Below, piece after piece: positions 35,625-49,105 of a stretch of 64,000 nt of DNA. The notes beneath the pieces are model-generated. The model did no database searches. It was not told where the DNA came from and saw nothing but the letters and a program-made list of their open reading frames with translations. The position numbers and the translations under genes are program-made. The stretch covers positions 124,001 through 188,000 of the forward strand of contig CT868005.1 of the NCBI GenBank assembly GCA_000165425.1. The letters run 5' to 3'. This stretch comes from Paramecium tetraurelia (Eukaryota). Position 1 is the stretch's first letter. Every line of letters starts with the position of its first letter.

Positions 35625-36586
35625 TCAAATAATTACAAAATAGAATGAATATTGATTTTATCTGAATTCAACATTCAAAAATTCTTTCATTCTGTCGCAT
35701 CGAGTCCTTTAATAATATTCTACGAAAAATGGGCGCAGCTATTAGTTTAATTTTAAGTTTCATCCAATACTATTGTCTACTCTCTGTTGATTCTCTATTT
35801 CATTCTAATATCCGTATATTCTATAATATTAAAAAATATAATACATAATCATCATTTAAAGCAGAAAATCAGAAGATAGTCTTAGGGATTTCTTTAAATC
35901 CAAGATTTCGATGGATGTAAATACACTATTTTCCCAATATTCATTATTGTACAACCCAAAGATACCCTCGAGGTAGTGTTAAAAGCTCGTAATTAGATAT
36001 ATTGATTTTATATTGAAATAGTGCAATTAGATTTAAGGCATACTTAATTTTATTTGAAATAGTAATAATTGTATTAGAATGTACTATGTTTTTACTAAAT
36101 AACCTGATTCTGAGGTAATGTTATTTAACTATAAACAGGATGATCTAATAGATATCTTTCAATAGGTTTTTTCTATAATGGATCCTGATTTCTTTAAATT
36201 TCATATGTTAAAATTAATTCTTCATACTTGCATTATCATTCATACTAATTTTAGTCTTGATATTTATTGTTGCTTGATTCCCAATTTATTGTGCAGATTT
36301 TGTATAAGTATTTGGATATCCAGAAATTCCATAAGGCCCTTTGTTAGAGATTTAAAAGCATTAATTATTTAAGTTTTTTACTTGGGGTAACCTAGTCTTA
36401 GGAATTAAAAGTAGCATATATTTGTATTTTCTGATTGATTATTTCCTCTAAATAAATGAATCTAAATATTTATGATCTTTTACTTGATTAAGTCAATTAT
36501 TAATTAAGCTTTTATTCTTTACGGTATACTTGACTCTATTATAAATATTTGAATAAAGATGAATTAAACTCTATGCTATTTTGCAT
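35625..36586 (-). CDS. Hypothetical protein
   Basis: Code-6 frame from ATG at 36586 with short introns; 3' end approximate. Confidence 0.5.
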
Positions 36587-36609
36587 TTTATAATATAAAA
36601 TATAAAATT

Positions 36610-38001
36610 TCATTAGCATTTAAGACAATTGACAGCTTGATTGGTAGGGTAGATGACTAAATAGATTTCTAAACATTTCATGCAATATCGATAGCTAGGT
36701 ACTGATATTTTTGGAGGATGTAATTTGTAACCATGACATTGAGCACAAGGGTAAGCCTAATTGCAGCAAGCAAAAATAGGTATTGTATTACAGGGTTACC
36801 TATGTTCGCAATCTTGAGTGTATAAAATATGAGGGAAAGTAGTGACAATTTCTTGAATTTTCTATTGAGATTCATCCAAATATTAAGAAGGTTGTCCATC
36901 CATATTCATAAATTCAAAATGGTTGTTAGATTCATTCTTAATCTCAGGTAGACTATTGGCCATCTAATCGTCTTCCTATTTAAAAACAATGTTATTATTT
37001 TAGATTTATTCTTTTATTTATTAGGATAATCCATCTAATCTCTATTGTTTCATCTCAATCTTTTGCAGTCTAATGAGATTGAGATCTTGATCTTGTATAA
37101 ACATTTCCTTATTGTCATCAAGAGCAAATATGATATCAGATTCTAATTGAGGAAAGTATGTCTACCAAGTCAAATCTAATTGTATTGTTCTTTTCTTGAC
37201 TGCCAAATTGGTTTAGGTGGCAATCTGAGTAATTTCCCTTATATGCTTTCCTTAAATAAACTCTATACTGTCAAATAATTCATCTTAAGTCATGTCATAA
37301 ATATTCTTTTTTATTAATTACTCTACTTATTCAGTCAATCCATTTTCTTTAGTTTCCCAAAATAAGAAACCTTCAACTGCACAAATAATTCCTTATTCAA
37401 TTAATTTAAGCTTTTATAATATGTCTTTTATTAATTATTCAAATTTTTATTTGACTTCCGAGACTCTTTCTGGCATTTTCTGTATAGAACTACATTAATC
37501 CTAGAACTCTCTGTACTTTTCATCAAAAAGCTTACAAAATTGTTGAACTTCCATTGTCTCATGATTATTATGTTCTTCCAGTAAACAATAAGCACAACCC
37601 AATCGTTTTTAAGCTTTACACAAAGGATTTTAACAAATGTAAATTAATTTATTTTTTTCATGATTCTTTTTATCGCATACAGGTTCTAAATTTAATCCTA
37701 GGTATTTGATAACTGATCTTTAATGCATCTCTGTTCCTTTGGCAACAATAGATGAATGTCTCTTTTGCATTCTAACATTCGAAGGTACCTAAACTGCCGA
37801 AGACGACATTCTCTTAGTAGTTGGACTGATACCCGAAGGACTATGCTAAGAAGGACTCTGAGAACTACGATAGGATTGCTTAGCCCAATCTCTTCCAGTC
37901 TATAACGTAGATTCTTATTGAATTTCTGTAGTTTTTTTAGTAGGGGATTTAACTTTCTGTTTTTAAGTGTTGGTTACTTAAGTCTTAGTACTCTTCTTCA
38001 T
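36610..38001 (-). CDS. Zinc-binding protein with B-box-like N-terminal cluster and C-terminal CHY-like zinc finger
   Basis: CDKKNH..YICQNPLC..LGCAYCLLEEH; C-terminal CEHRQPCNTIPIFACCNQAYPCAQCH..YCMKC..NCLKC. Confidence 0.75.
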
Positions 38002-38058
38002 TCTGCAATTTCAATTTCGAATTAATATATATAAATAAAATTAACAACTTATATATCA

Positions 38059-38910
38059 TCAATAGGCGATACTTTAAGTCTAAATCAATTATGCAAACAG
38101 TTTGGAAGCTGATACATTCATCATGATAGTATTCTCATCATAATCATGATGACCCTCAACTTTTCCAAACTGTGCAATTTAGAAGTCCTCCTCTAATCTG
38201 GACAATTTCACTGCCTCCTCTACTTGCAAATGATTATTCCAAATTAGTAATGCTAAAATACAGGATTTTAGATTTTCTAATTAGATAATTACATCATACC
38301 AACTTTTGCATCCAAGCTCACCAATTGCCAATTATTTAACTCACTCACTATTGTTTCTATTCTAATCTGATCGTATTATTTCAAAGGCTCTATGTTTAAT
38401 CCGAAATTGGTTTTCAAATGCAATCCGAATTTCTCGTTAAAGATTTTCAATTGTGGATCTAATTTTTCTTTCTGAATTTTATATAATTTAGTTTCTGGAT
38501 TCTCTCTAAATAAGACTGTATCCCTCTCTAAATAACTAATAATTGATTATTCCATAAATTATCTGATTCTATCATCTGCCTCAATGTCAATTGCATTTCT
38601 AGCTAAAGTTAAAAGTGGCATAGTTGTTGGCCTTATGTATTCAGTTTGCATATTAAATTCGTGAGCAATAAACGATGCCAACTGAGGGGATGGGACAGCC
38701 AACGTATTTTTTGAAGGTGTTTTTACTGTCTTTCCATCTAACTATTTAAATATTACCATTAATATATACTTTCACCAGCCATTGATGATATGGATTAGTA
38801 GGATTAGTGGCCATTTCAATGGTTGCTTCCTTATAAAATCTTTTCAATTGTATTGGCTGTTAAATTGAAACTTATTCAGAAAATCGGAATCTAACAATTA
38901 ATCCTCTCAT
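38059..38910 (-). CDS. ATP12: Mitochondrial F1-ATPase assembly chaperone ATP12/ATPAF2
   Basis: LKRFYKEA..LDGKTVKTPSKNTLAVPSPQLASFIAHEF..IRPTTMPLLTLARNAID. Confidence 0.93.
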
Positions 38911-39326
38911 TAAATATTAAAATAAATTGCTAAAATGTAATTTGTAATTTGCTTAGTATAACATTGGATATTCAACTGAAAAGAGAAAACTTGTTTTACA
39001 TTACATTTATAAACGACTATTAGAGATCGTTTTAATGAGAATTACATAAAATTATGATTTCAACTCTCTAGATTAACAATCTAGATTTTGGTAGTTATTA
39101 TCATTAGTTATTTGAAAATTATTGATTCACCAATATTGAACATTTGTGTCTTTAACAATCAGTTTAAAATTTGACACAAAAAAGATCGAAAAATTAAAAT
39201 TTATTTCTAAACTCTTTTACTTGCTAAGACATGGCTAGGAGTATTAGATTTGTAGATATTGATATTTATATATTTTATGATTGTAATAATGCAATCATAA
39301 ATCCAATTTTGGTCGTAATTGAATAA

Positions 39327-39896
39327 TCAATTACAAATTTTCCAGGCTGGTTCATTTGAACACCATTGTTCAGGAAATTATGCATAAAACAACATAACTT
39401 CATTTTTGAATCTTAGGTATTCTTTGAAGTTGTTGGCTTCTCCATTCAGAATGAAGAGAGATGCTCTTTAATTCAAGAACCAAACCATGTATGACTGAAA
39501 GACACGTTTCCACAATTTTAATTCAGCCGTGTCCTTTTAGTCTATGATTAATTATTTTTTGAGGCTTCTGAATCCATTTATGTTATGTAAATTTTTCTGA
39601 TAATAATCTATAAAATGAGAAGTTTCTCGCTATAGTTCCATTTATAGAAATTCGAACTATTTTCCCCTCCTCATAGATTTAACAGCCTATCTTAATATGT
39701 TCCGACAGATGTTTTTTTTATAGTCTCTTTGAGAGGGAGATGCCTTTGATATTTAGATCAGATCCTCCTCCCAATTCAAAAACTTATCAGTATCCTGATG
39801 ACTACCATCTGTGTCTTCATAAAAGATTAAAGCTGCTTAATTTACATCATGATAACTGGCCTCAAATTCTTGCATTTCAAAATAGAATGATGTCAT
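39327..39896 (-). CDS. Hypothetical protein
   Basis: Clean code-6 frame MTSFYFEMQEF..WKRVFQSYMVWFLNQRASLFILNGEANNFKEYLRFKN..KICN*. Confidence 0.7.
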
Positions 39897-41037
39897 CTTG
39901 ACACCTGATTTTTTTTTTATTTTTAATATATACTTTATTAAGCCCAGGATTAGCATAAATACTGAGATTTTGTGTTTAATATTTAATAAATAAATTCAAT
40001 CGATTTTATTTTTATTATATTCCATATATTTCAGCACCCTTGCAGAATTTTGTCTTGACTTCTAATTAAAATACTATTGTTGATTTAGTAATGGAGTCAG
40101 AGTAAATAAACTCAAGGGTATAGCAAATTCCCTGAATTATGAGTCTAATATTTTCCAATTCTGAGTAATTCATCAGAATTAATTGTATATTTTATTCATC
40201 ATTATCTATAGATTATAATTGAAACTATCTCTGAATTAGCAATATTAACCATCTTTTGCCTCTCTCTTATTCCTTTGCATTTCAACATCGAATGCTAACA
40301 ATTACTAATACATTTATTGTATGAAATTCTTAGCTAGAAATCGAATAAATCTTTTCAACTCCTCTAATTTTTAAAACAAAACAACCTTAATTTGGATAAT
40401 TAAGCTTAGCTATTTCATTAAATTAGAGAAAACTGTATCATCAATAGATTTTGGCTCTTATGTCTCATTAATTTTCTTAGGCAAATCTAAAAGAAACATA
40501 ATTCTGATAGAAATTAGTATTTTTAATAAGTAATCTTAGACACCTAATCAAATATTTCTTGAAAAATTTCCATGTTCAGTTTTCTTAAATAGAAATAACA
40601 GATTACTTTAAGAACTCTATATTATTGAAAAGTTTGAAATATTATTGTAAAATTACACTATTGAATAATTACTTATTGTAAATAATCAAGTTTTTCCAAT
40701 TTCAATCCATTTATTTATACTATTTATTTTAATTCATAAAAATCCTCATTTTGATATTTTTTATAGCCTACTTATAAAAATTGAGTTATTCTTTTTTTTC
40801 GTATTATTTTTTAATCATTTATTTATTTTTTATTTGCATATTTTATGAATGAATACCCTAGAATTATTTAATATATATAGAGAAATCATGAGAAGGTTCT
40901 TAAAATTATTTATATGTTAAAAATGAAAAGAACATTAAATTTATAATTTTGATATTTCAATAAAATGAACTTGATTAGAGGTAAGAATATCGATTTGATT
41001 ATGACTTTTGCACGATTAATCAATTAATAATTATAAA

Positions 41038-41490
41038 TCATGAGGAGGTATAGTTTCCTACTTAATGCTCGAGTTCTGCAACTTTTTGAGTAGCAGCAAT
41101 TATTAATTGTTGAATTTGGCTTTTTTCCTTTTTGATTTCAGTGATTTGCGACTGTAATTTAGAGTTTTCATCTTTTTAAGTGTTGATGGCCTAAAAAAGT
41201 TTCATAGATTTTTACTTGTCTTAAGTCCCTTAACATAGCATCTAAAGTTGGTTAGGTTGTATTTTTGATTTCTTCATTGTTATTTGTGATTCTCTATTTC
41301 ATTAAATGCAATTCCTATTTCAATTGGTCAATCTCATGTTTATAACTTTACAGTAATTCATTCGATAATTCTGTGATGTTCTATTAGAGTATGAAATTAT
41401 GAGTACGTTCACTAAAAGCAAATGATTTTTTGCATTAGTGGCTGATTCTTGATCGAGTTTGGAACTGTGAGGTTATTATACGTCCTACAT
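41038..41490 (-). CDS. Small coiled-coil protein
   Basis: MQDVQQPHSSKLDQES..; Gln/Glu/Lys-rich heptads; TGA at 41038. Confidence 0.6.
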
Positions 41491-42820
41491 TTTTATTAAA
41501 TAAAATTATATAAATATTATTTGTTTGACAAATTGACAATGTGAAATAATTAATCTTGTTGTACTATTCGAATAAGACAACCTACAAATGAATTAGACTA
41601 AACGAAAGTTATACTATTGTATGATGTAAATAAACATAACCAGTAAGTAAATGACACTGAAACTTTGAATAAACATAACAGATGATTTGAAACAACATTT
41701 ATCACAATCGTTTATGAATTAAATATGTGTTAGAATCTTGTTCTTGAAAGGTTTATTCATAAATTTAAGAGTTCCAATTATATTCCAGTTTGAGTTTGGA
41801 GAGTGCTTAGTAATCTCACTTAATTATAATACTAATATGGAAATATGTGCAAATGGAATATCAAATTCTAAAAAGTAGAAATCATCTACATATTTGACTT
41901 TGTAATATTGAAAAAACTATCTGATTAAGTTTGTATATGAGATCAACTATTAGGAAAGAGTACGATATATCTCCAATGAGTCCTAAAGAATAGAAAGATC
42001 TTCTCTTACACTTATTGAATGAGAAGACTTTACAAGATAGATAAAACCCAATTAAGATAACTAAAAACATTCAAAGCCTCATAACAAACAATTGATAACC
42101 AATAAGCATCCAATATTCATACAGTTCAAGTAATAAAATCTTAATCACATTCAAATCAATTATTATGCTTGATAATGATATATGTAAAAAAAATAATAAT
42201 GGAGTACAAAAAGTTCAGATTACATTCTTTTAAACTACTATTAGAATTAATGAAATTATATGAGAAATTCGTTTTACACAACTTTATTTGGTTTAATAAT
42301 ACCTTGATTCTTAAGTATGAGAAAAAAAACCAAAAAAAGTGCATAGACTTTATTAAAGATCAGAGGATGTTAAGAATTAATCTCATCATAAAATTTATTT
42401 ATTATATAAGTATAACTTGATTTTTGTTTTGTAAATAAATGATATAGTTTCATCTTTTGTATTTCAAATGAATATGATGAGGTTTAATGCGTATCTTCTA
42501 CCTCATAAAATAGAGCAGAAATCCCTCATTTTGTTTTATATATTTTAGTGGAATGATACTCCCCAAAGATAAAATTGTAATTTTACAAATATTAATTTGT
42601 CTATCTAATATTTAATTTTACACTTCCTTTTGTTTTATCTATTAATGAACTATAAAATATTTGGGTTATCCTCATATCATTAATCTCTTTCAAGATTTAC
42701 TGATATTTCACATGCTTATTACCAATATAGAGTTTTAGAGAAAATATGATGAAATGTAAAAGGGATTAATATTCATTTGATCAAGTTAGTCATAATTAAT
42801 ATTTTTGTTCGTTAAAATAA

Positions 42821-43528
42821 ATGTAGTCAATTATTAATCAATGCCAAGATTTAGATGAAGAGTACAGATAACTTGTTCAGAGAATAAATAACATGTTGGA
42901 CAATCTGAGTATCGTAAGTCTTGAATTTGTGAATTCAAAATTAGAATTTTTAGAGAAATACTCTTGTACTCTAAAATCGAGTTAAATCGATGCAAGGATA
43001 CATAGAAATTCACAAATGAAGAACTTAATCGAATACATTAAGATGCATAGAAAATCAGAAGCAAAATCCCTTGCACAATCACCACCAGCTAAGACGGCTC
43101 ATCATCGACCAAAATATTCATTTAATGAGAAGGCTTTCTCTAGTTTGCTCTATAATAGCATGAGTTAAATGACTCAGTAGAAAACACTGTATAATGAACT
43201 TGACTAATCATAATAGAAATGTACTCTCAAAAACAAAAACCTAAATGTTTTATAAAATTTGATAGGGAAATAAAAGATTGAATAAAAGAAGGGAAATGAG
43301 GACATGTTCAGGTTGCTCTAAAAGTGTATGTAGTTGATTTCGCAGAAGTAGGAGTTTTAGGATGAGTATGCAGATTTGTAAAAAGAATATAAGGAAATAG
43401 TTAGGAGCAATAGGAGTTTGTAATGCAAGGTGAATCTTGATTAAAAATCATCGAAACTGAAAGAGAATTTAAATTAATTAATGATAAGCCAAGAATCATT
43501 TAAATCCTACCTCAATTCAGTAATTTGA
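42821..43528 (+). CDS. Coiled-coil hypothetical protein
   Basis: MQSIINQCQDLDEEYRQLVQRINNMLDNLS then a GTAAGT..TAG intron; TGA at 43526-43528. Confidence 0.6.
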
Positions 43529-43618
43529 TTGATTATTTATACTAATAACCTTTAATTATAATTATCTCATTAAAGTAATAATTGATTTCTATTCAAATTT
43601 CTATTTATACACCTCCTT

Positions 43619-46209
43619 ATGAGCAATAATCAGTACAATAATAAAAAGTTGGCTCCTTTCAAAAGACAGAGAGATACTCTCAAGGAGGAATTAAAAAAGC
43701 TCTAATAAGAATAAGCAGACGAGGAAAAATTGAATGACAATTATTTTGACGAAATTGGTCGAGTGGAAAAAGTACTTTATAAATACGATTTAGGAATATG
43801 AATCTTTGATCAAATAAATTGAACTCTATAACAAACATAATCATACATTAAAAGCAATTGGTTAAATGGATCAAAATTAAGGTTTGGATGAGACAATAGA
43901 GAAAAATGTAATTTAAACATTAAATCTATTTCTTCTGAATACAAGCAAAAAGGAGTATTTAGAAAGTATTTAGGAATAAGAAATATCAAAGAAACAATTA
44001 CAAAGTGGAAATCTCATTATGACCTAAATTTAGCCCAATGATGAAAAACAAATAATCTAAGAAGTTGAAAACACTATTCTTGAAGATGGATATTATGTGT
44101 CTTTGAAATAGGGCTGCAACTCCTTGGTTGTTAAAATACCAGGGACAGTACGCACATTCAAGGAGTTAAAATAAATTGTAAAATCGTGTTTTATGGCAGA
44201 GGAGAAAGAGATATTTTATACAGATTTAATGGGAAATGTAATTTAACCGGATATGATTATTTTGGATCAACTTTACCCCTCGATTTATGAGTTGCTTAAA
44301 AATTATCAACCTGTCATAGGAATTAAAATCATTAAATAAAAAAAAATTAGAGAAGACACAAAAAAAACCGAAGCAGATTTTATGTTTGATGGAGCCACCT
44401 AAGAATTAATGACTAAATAGCTAAGATCAACTAAGAGAATTTAAAAATCTATTAATTGGTCTAAATACATGGATTACATGACCAATCTCAAGTACATTTT
44501 GGAATCTATTTTATTTGTCTCACTTTTAATTTTATATGCAATTATTGAAATTAGTGAGTTAGACTTTTTCACAAACTCTTAATTACTTTTAAACTAGAGC
44601 TTAAACATGGCAATCTAAAAGTCCTACATATCTCCAATTACTAACATATCCTAAATCATTTCCTTATCAATCCCCAATGGATCAGCCCATGGTTTGAGTC
44701 CGACCTATCCTCTTCAGTCGGGTCTACTTATTCAAACTCTTGTTGGTATAGTAAATATTTAATGATAATTAGGATAACTTCAATAATTGCAATATTTTGA
44801 ATGAAAATCAAAAGCAAATGTACTTGGATAATAATTAATCCTGTTTGATGTTTGACATAACATAGACCAGTTAATTAAATCAAAGTTACACTAAATTAAA
44901 TTTTGACCCTAAAGTCTATAACGAATAATTCGGAGGCTATGTTTGGGAATTTAATTTAAGCTCAAGAGAATCCTTTTAAGAGAGTTATAATTAAATGATT
45001 TCAGAAGAGTGGTTATAATATAATATCAAACAATCTCAATTTTTGTTGAATTATTATAATGGTCCTACTTAGAGAATTATATAGGTATGTATCACTACGC
45101 TTTATTTATTCAATGACGTAAATATTTTGATGATATTTAGCGTCTCATGAATTACAATAGCTTTTAAGCGGAAGGTTTTAATTTAAAAGAAATTCCAGAA
45201 CAAGTCCTAATAAACAAAGACATTATATTTTATTGTTCGATTGTCCTATTGATTTCATCCTTTTTTGGTAGAAAACTAATTAAATTATATAGATTTCTTT
45301 GGCTTATACCTTATAGGGACTAAAAATAATCTGATCGTGATCTACCTATAATACTAAGAATTACTGAACAGGAAGAAAAAATTGGAGGCTAAAAAAAGGT
45401 AGATAACCGAAAGTGATTAAAAGGATCTATAGTAGAAGGAGTTGATAGTGGGAGAATATGCAATAATTAATTTAAAGGTTATTTATGTTACTATTAGAAT
45501 TCCCTTAGTATTTGATTATATTTGTAATGAAATTATTAGTATTTTAGATATCTTATGCCAATTTGGAATGGTAATGAAGAACACAATAGATGATTAATAT
45601 GAGGAAGCATTATAAGAAATAGATTTGAAATCAGCTTAGTATCAGGATGCAAGTGCCTTGATTATACCACTTTTTTTGAGTAGAATATTTTCAGCTGTTT
45701 TGGTGTTATTTTTGATGATTTCAATAGTGAGGTTCATGGGGAATTGGAGTCCATATTTAAAATGCTATGGATTGGTCATGATAAGAGTAATGCTAATTCT
45801 ATTTTGTATAGTTCAACAGTTAATCTTGGTTCTTGATGCTTGTTCTGATATTCATTATCAGTGTTTGTGCAATGTCGTGGATTGTAACCATTCAAGGCAA
45901 ACTAATAAACCATGACAATTTCATTTATACCTTTTTGGGATTGCTTAGGTGTACCTTGAGATTTGGATTAGATAATGATATTGAACAATAAGGGTTCTAT
46001 AATACATATGCTAAAGATAAAATTTATTCTTTTGAGACTAAATATGTAAAAAGATTCGTTTAGAATATTAGTTACAATACATAATAATAATCACAATCAC
46101 AATGATAATGATACCAATATTTATTTCTTTAATGACTGATTTAGTTCAAAATACAAAAGTGGAAGCAAAATAGAAGATGATGGAAATGAGAAGGCAAAAT
46201 TAAAAATGA
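43619..46209 (+). CDS. Polycystin (PKD2/TRPP)-like multi-pass channel
   Basis: N-terminal coiled coil; TM (LESILFVSLLILYAIIEI); long loop; further TMs; pore-like DNFIYTFLGLLRCTLRFG; S6-like YIIIITITMIMIPIFISLMTD. Confidence 0.65.
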
Positions 46210-46336
46210 TTTTTCTTATTCTGATTGTAAGTTTATATTAATTGATCTCTTTTCTTTTAAGAGTATCATTTTAATTGGACCTTAATTTTATCATCTCCAT
46301 CTACGAAATGGTTATTAATAATTATAAATATCGTTA

Positions 46337-49022
46337 ATGAAAAATTATTCATCTTAGCCAATGTAAACGAGTGGAAGAGGAAGCCTATTAGACAATCCAT
46401 ATACTATGGATTTTAAACCAAAAAAGAATAATAATACCAAAATTCTAAAGACGGAGAGCATTACCACTGTTGCCAAAAATCCAAAATAGGACTTATTAGA
46501 GTATTTTAAAAAAGAGAGAAATACTATTACCCAGGTAACCAATAATATCAAATCATAATTGCAACAAAGCAGGAGCATTGACAATCTAAATAGCCAAAAA
46601 AGCGAACGCCAAAAAATATCAAATGTACTCTATAATTTTAAACTTAGCGTGTCCAAACTGAGGAAGGCAATTCAAATAAGAAACAATTACTAAAAAATAA
46701 GAATTTTTCACTTGCCACTCTTCAAACAGAATAAAAACTATAAAAAAACATTCTTAAACACAATTAGATGAGTTAGATTAATTAAAATAAAATACTCAAA
46801 TCTACTGTAGATCAATATTTTCAAGATCTTTAAATAAAAAGTGCCAAGGAATAAAAAAATATGCAGCAATTTGACAATTAGCAATACTTTACAATGAAAC
46901 AAAATAAGTAATCTTCACAGTAGGATTCAAATACATTAAAGAACTCCATTGAATAAATTCTAAGCAAAAATAAGATCTAATTCCATAAAAATACGAATGA
47001 ACTTCAATCAGCAAATTAATCACACCAGTAAAAGAATTTGTAGGATGAGTTCAATCAGTACGATTCATAAAAGTAATTAAAGATAATCTTAGTTTATAAA
47101 GGCTAAAAGTAATATTTGTATTTGATTTTCTAGATATCACTATTATTACAATCACTAAGGCTAGACTACTGACAACTTGTACAATTATTTGATTCAATAA
47201 ATTGCCTGTATTGAAAAGTCATTCATGAAATAAGGAGGAGGAACAGGATCAACAGAAGAAGTTCAGATCTAAGAAGGTTTTGTTTAAAAGTATTCATAGA
47301 AATCAATAAAATATGCTAATTCTACACAACCTAGAAAATCATTCCCTATGATTATTATCTAAGTTTGCCTAATTTACCTTTGAATGTATTCTAAGGAGTA
47401 ACTCTTCAATTGCAACCACTAAATACCCAGTCTCTTTATGGTAAGAAGGTGTCATTGAGAGATTTCACATTGGTGAAGTGCATAGGAGTTGGAGGCTTTT
47501 CTAGAGTTTATTTAGTAAGAAAAAGAGATGATGGTAAATTTTATGCCTTGAAGTTGATTGATAAGAATTTCATAATGGAAAATCAAAAAGAGGTGATAGT
47601 CTAAAATGAAAGAGATGTTATGGTGAATGTGAATAACGAGTTTATTACTCCTTTGCATTTTGCATTTGAAACCAAATATTATATAGCATTCGTTTTGGAT
47701 TATTGTGCAGGAGGTGAACTCTTCTACCATCTAAGAAAATTAAAGCGCTTAACTGAAGAAGATGCAAAATATTACTTAGTTGAAATCTGCATAGGAATGG
47801 CCTATTTACATTCCAAAAACATTGTGTACAGAGATATCAAACCAGAGAATATACTCTTAGATTTACAGGGACATCTGTTATTGAGTGATTTTGGATTAAG
47901 CAAACCAAACATGACAAATGAAGATTATGCCTACTCTTTTTGCGGCTCTCCTGAATATATGGCTCCTGAAATGCTGTTAAAAAGTGGGCATAACTATTTG
48001 GTTGATTGCTATTGCTTAGGTGCACTGCTCTATGAATTAGTAACAGGCCTGCCTCCCTTCTACTCACATAACACTCAAGAAATCTACACATCCATCTTAT
48101 CCGAACAGGTATAGTTCCCACCTTATGTTCAAATTTCTGATTTATTAAAGGATTTGATTTGCTAGCTATTAGAAAAGGATCCATAAGAAAGAATGGGATA
48201 ATCCTAGGGTATAGTGGAGATCTTGAGTCATCCTTGGTTTGCTGATATCAACATTGAAGCTATTGTAAATAGAACAATTTAGCCCCCTTATAAACCGGAA
48301 CCTTTGAAATATAATTTTGATGAAGAAGAATTTAATAAAGGAGATACTGAGTTCAGAAAATAATATGGAATTAACCTATAAAAGGAATATGTGGTATGTA
48401 TGACTCTCTCTATGAAATTAGAACACTGACAATAACCCGAATTTTATTCTACGCGATTTCTACTTCTCCAGAGAAGACTTGCCTCAAACTCTTTAACATA
48501 AACCAATTAGATCTAATCATGTCAACTTAGCCTAATTAAATATAGAAAATGTTCCGAATTTCGAAATTAATCCATTAGATAAACATAGAGTATTATTAGT
48601 CATATATTAGTAAATATCCCCAACAGAGAATAGGAGAATGCCGAAATACTCAGGGAAATCCGAAATTTAGGATCTCTTAAAAAGGAATGAGTTGTCTAAT
48701 AAATCTGCTTCATTAATTTAGTCAGGAAAAATTACATATGCATACTCAAAGACTTTGTAATAATAGAATTAAAATGCAGATATTAAGGTAACTCTAAAAT
48801 ATATTGTAGGCACTCAAACAAATTCTAGAATCCTCAAAAGGTCAAATGAGCACTGAAAGAACTGCTACTTTGCCTGATTAAAAAGTTCATAAAAATGAGA
48901 ACAACAGAATCAAAACTGAACAGTTTGCATAAATGTTGTACCCTAAAACTACAACAAATCATTAGTTTCATAAAACTCCTAATATCTAAAAATTATTTGG
49001 GTCTGAAAAAAGATAAAAATGA
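46337..49022 (+). CDS. AGC-family Ser/Thr protein kinase with long low-complexity N- and C-termini
   Basis: IGVGGFSRV, YALK, YRDIKPEN, DFGLSK, SFCGSPEYMAPE; AGC tail PPYKP..NFDEEEF. Confidence 0.96.
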
Positions 49023-49105
49023 ATATCATTCTTTTAATTTACAAATAAGGATCATTTATTAATATGAAATTTTCCTTTAAAAATAATTATATTATAAACA
49101 CTCTA

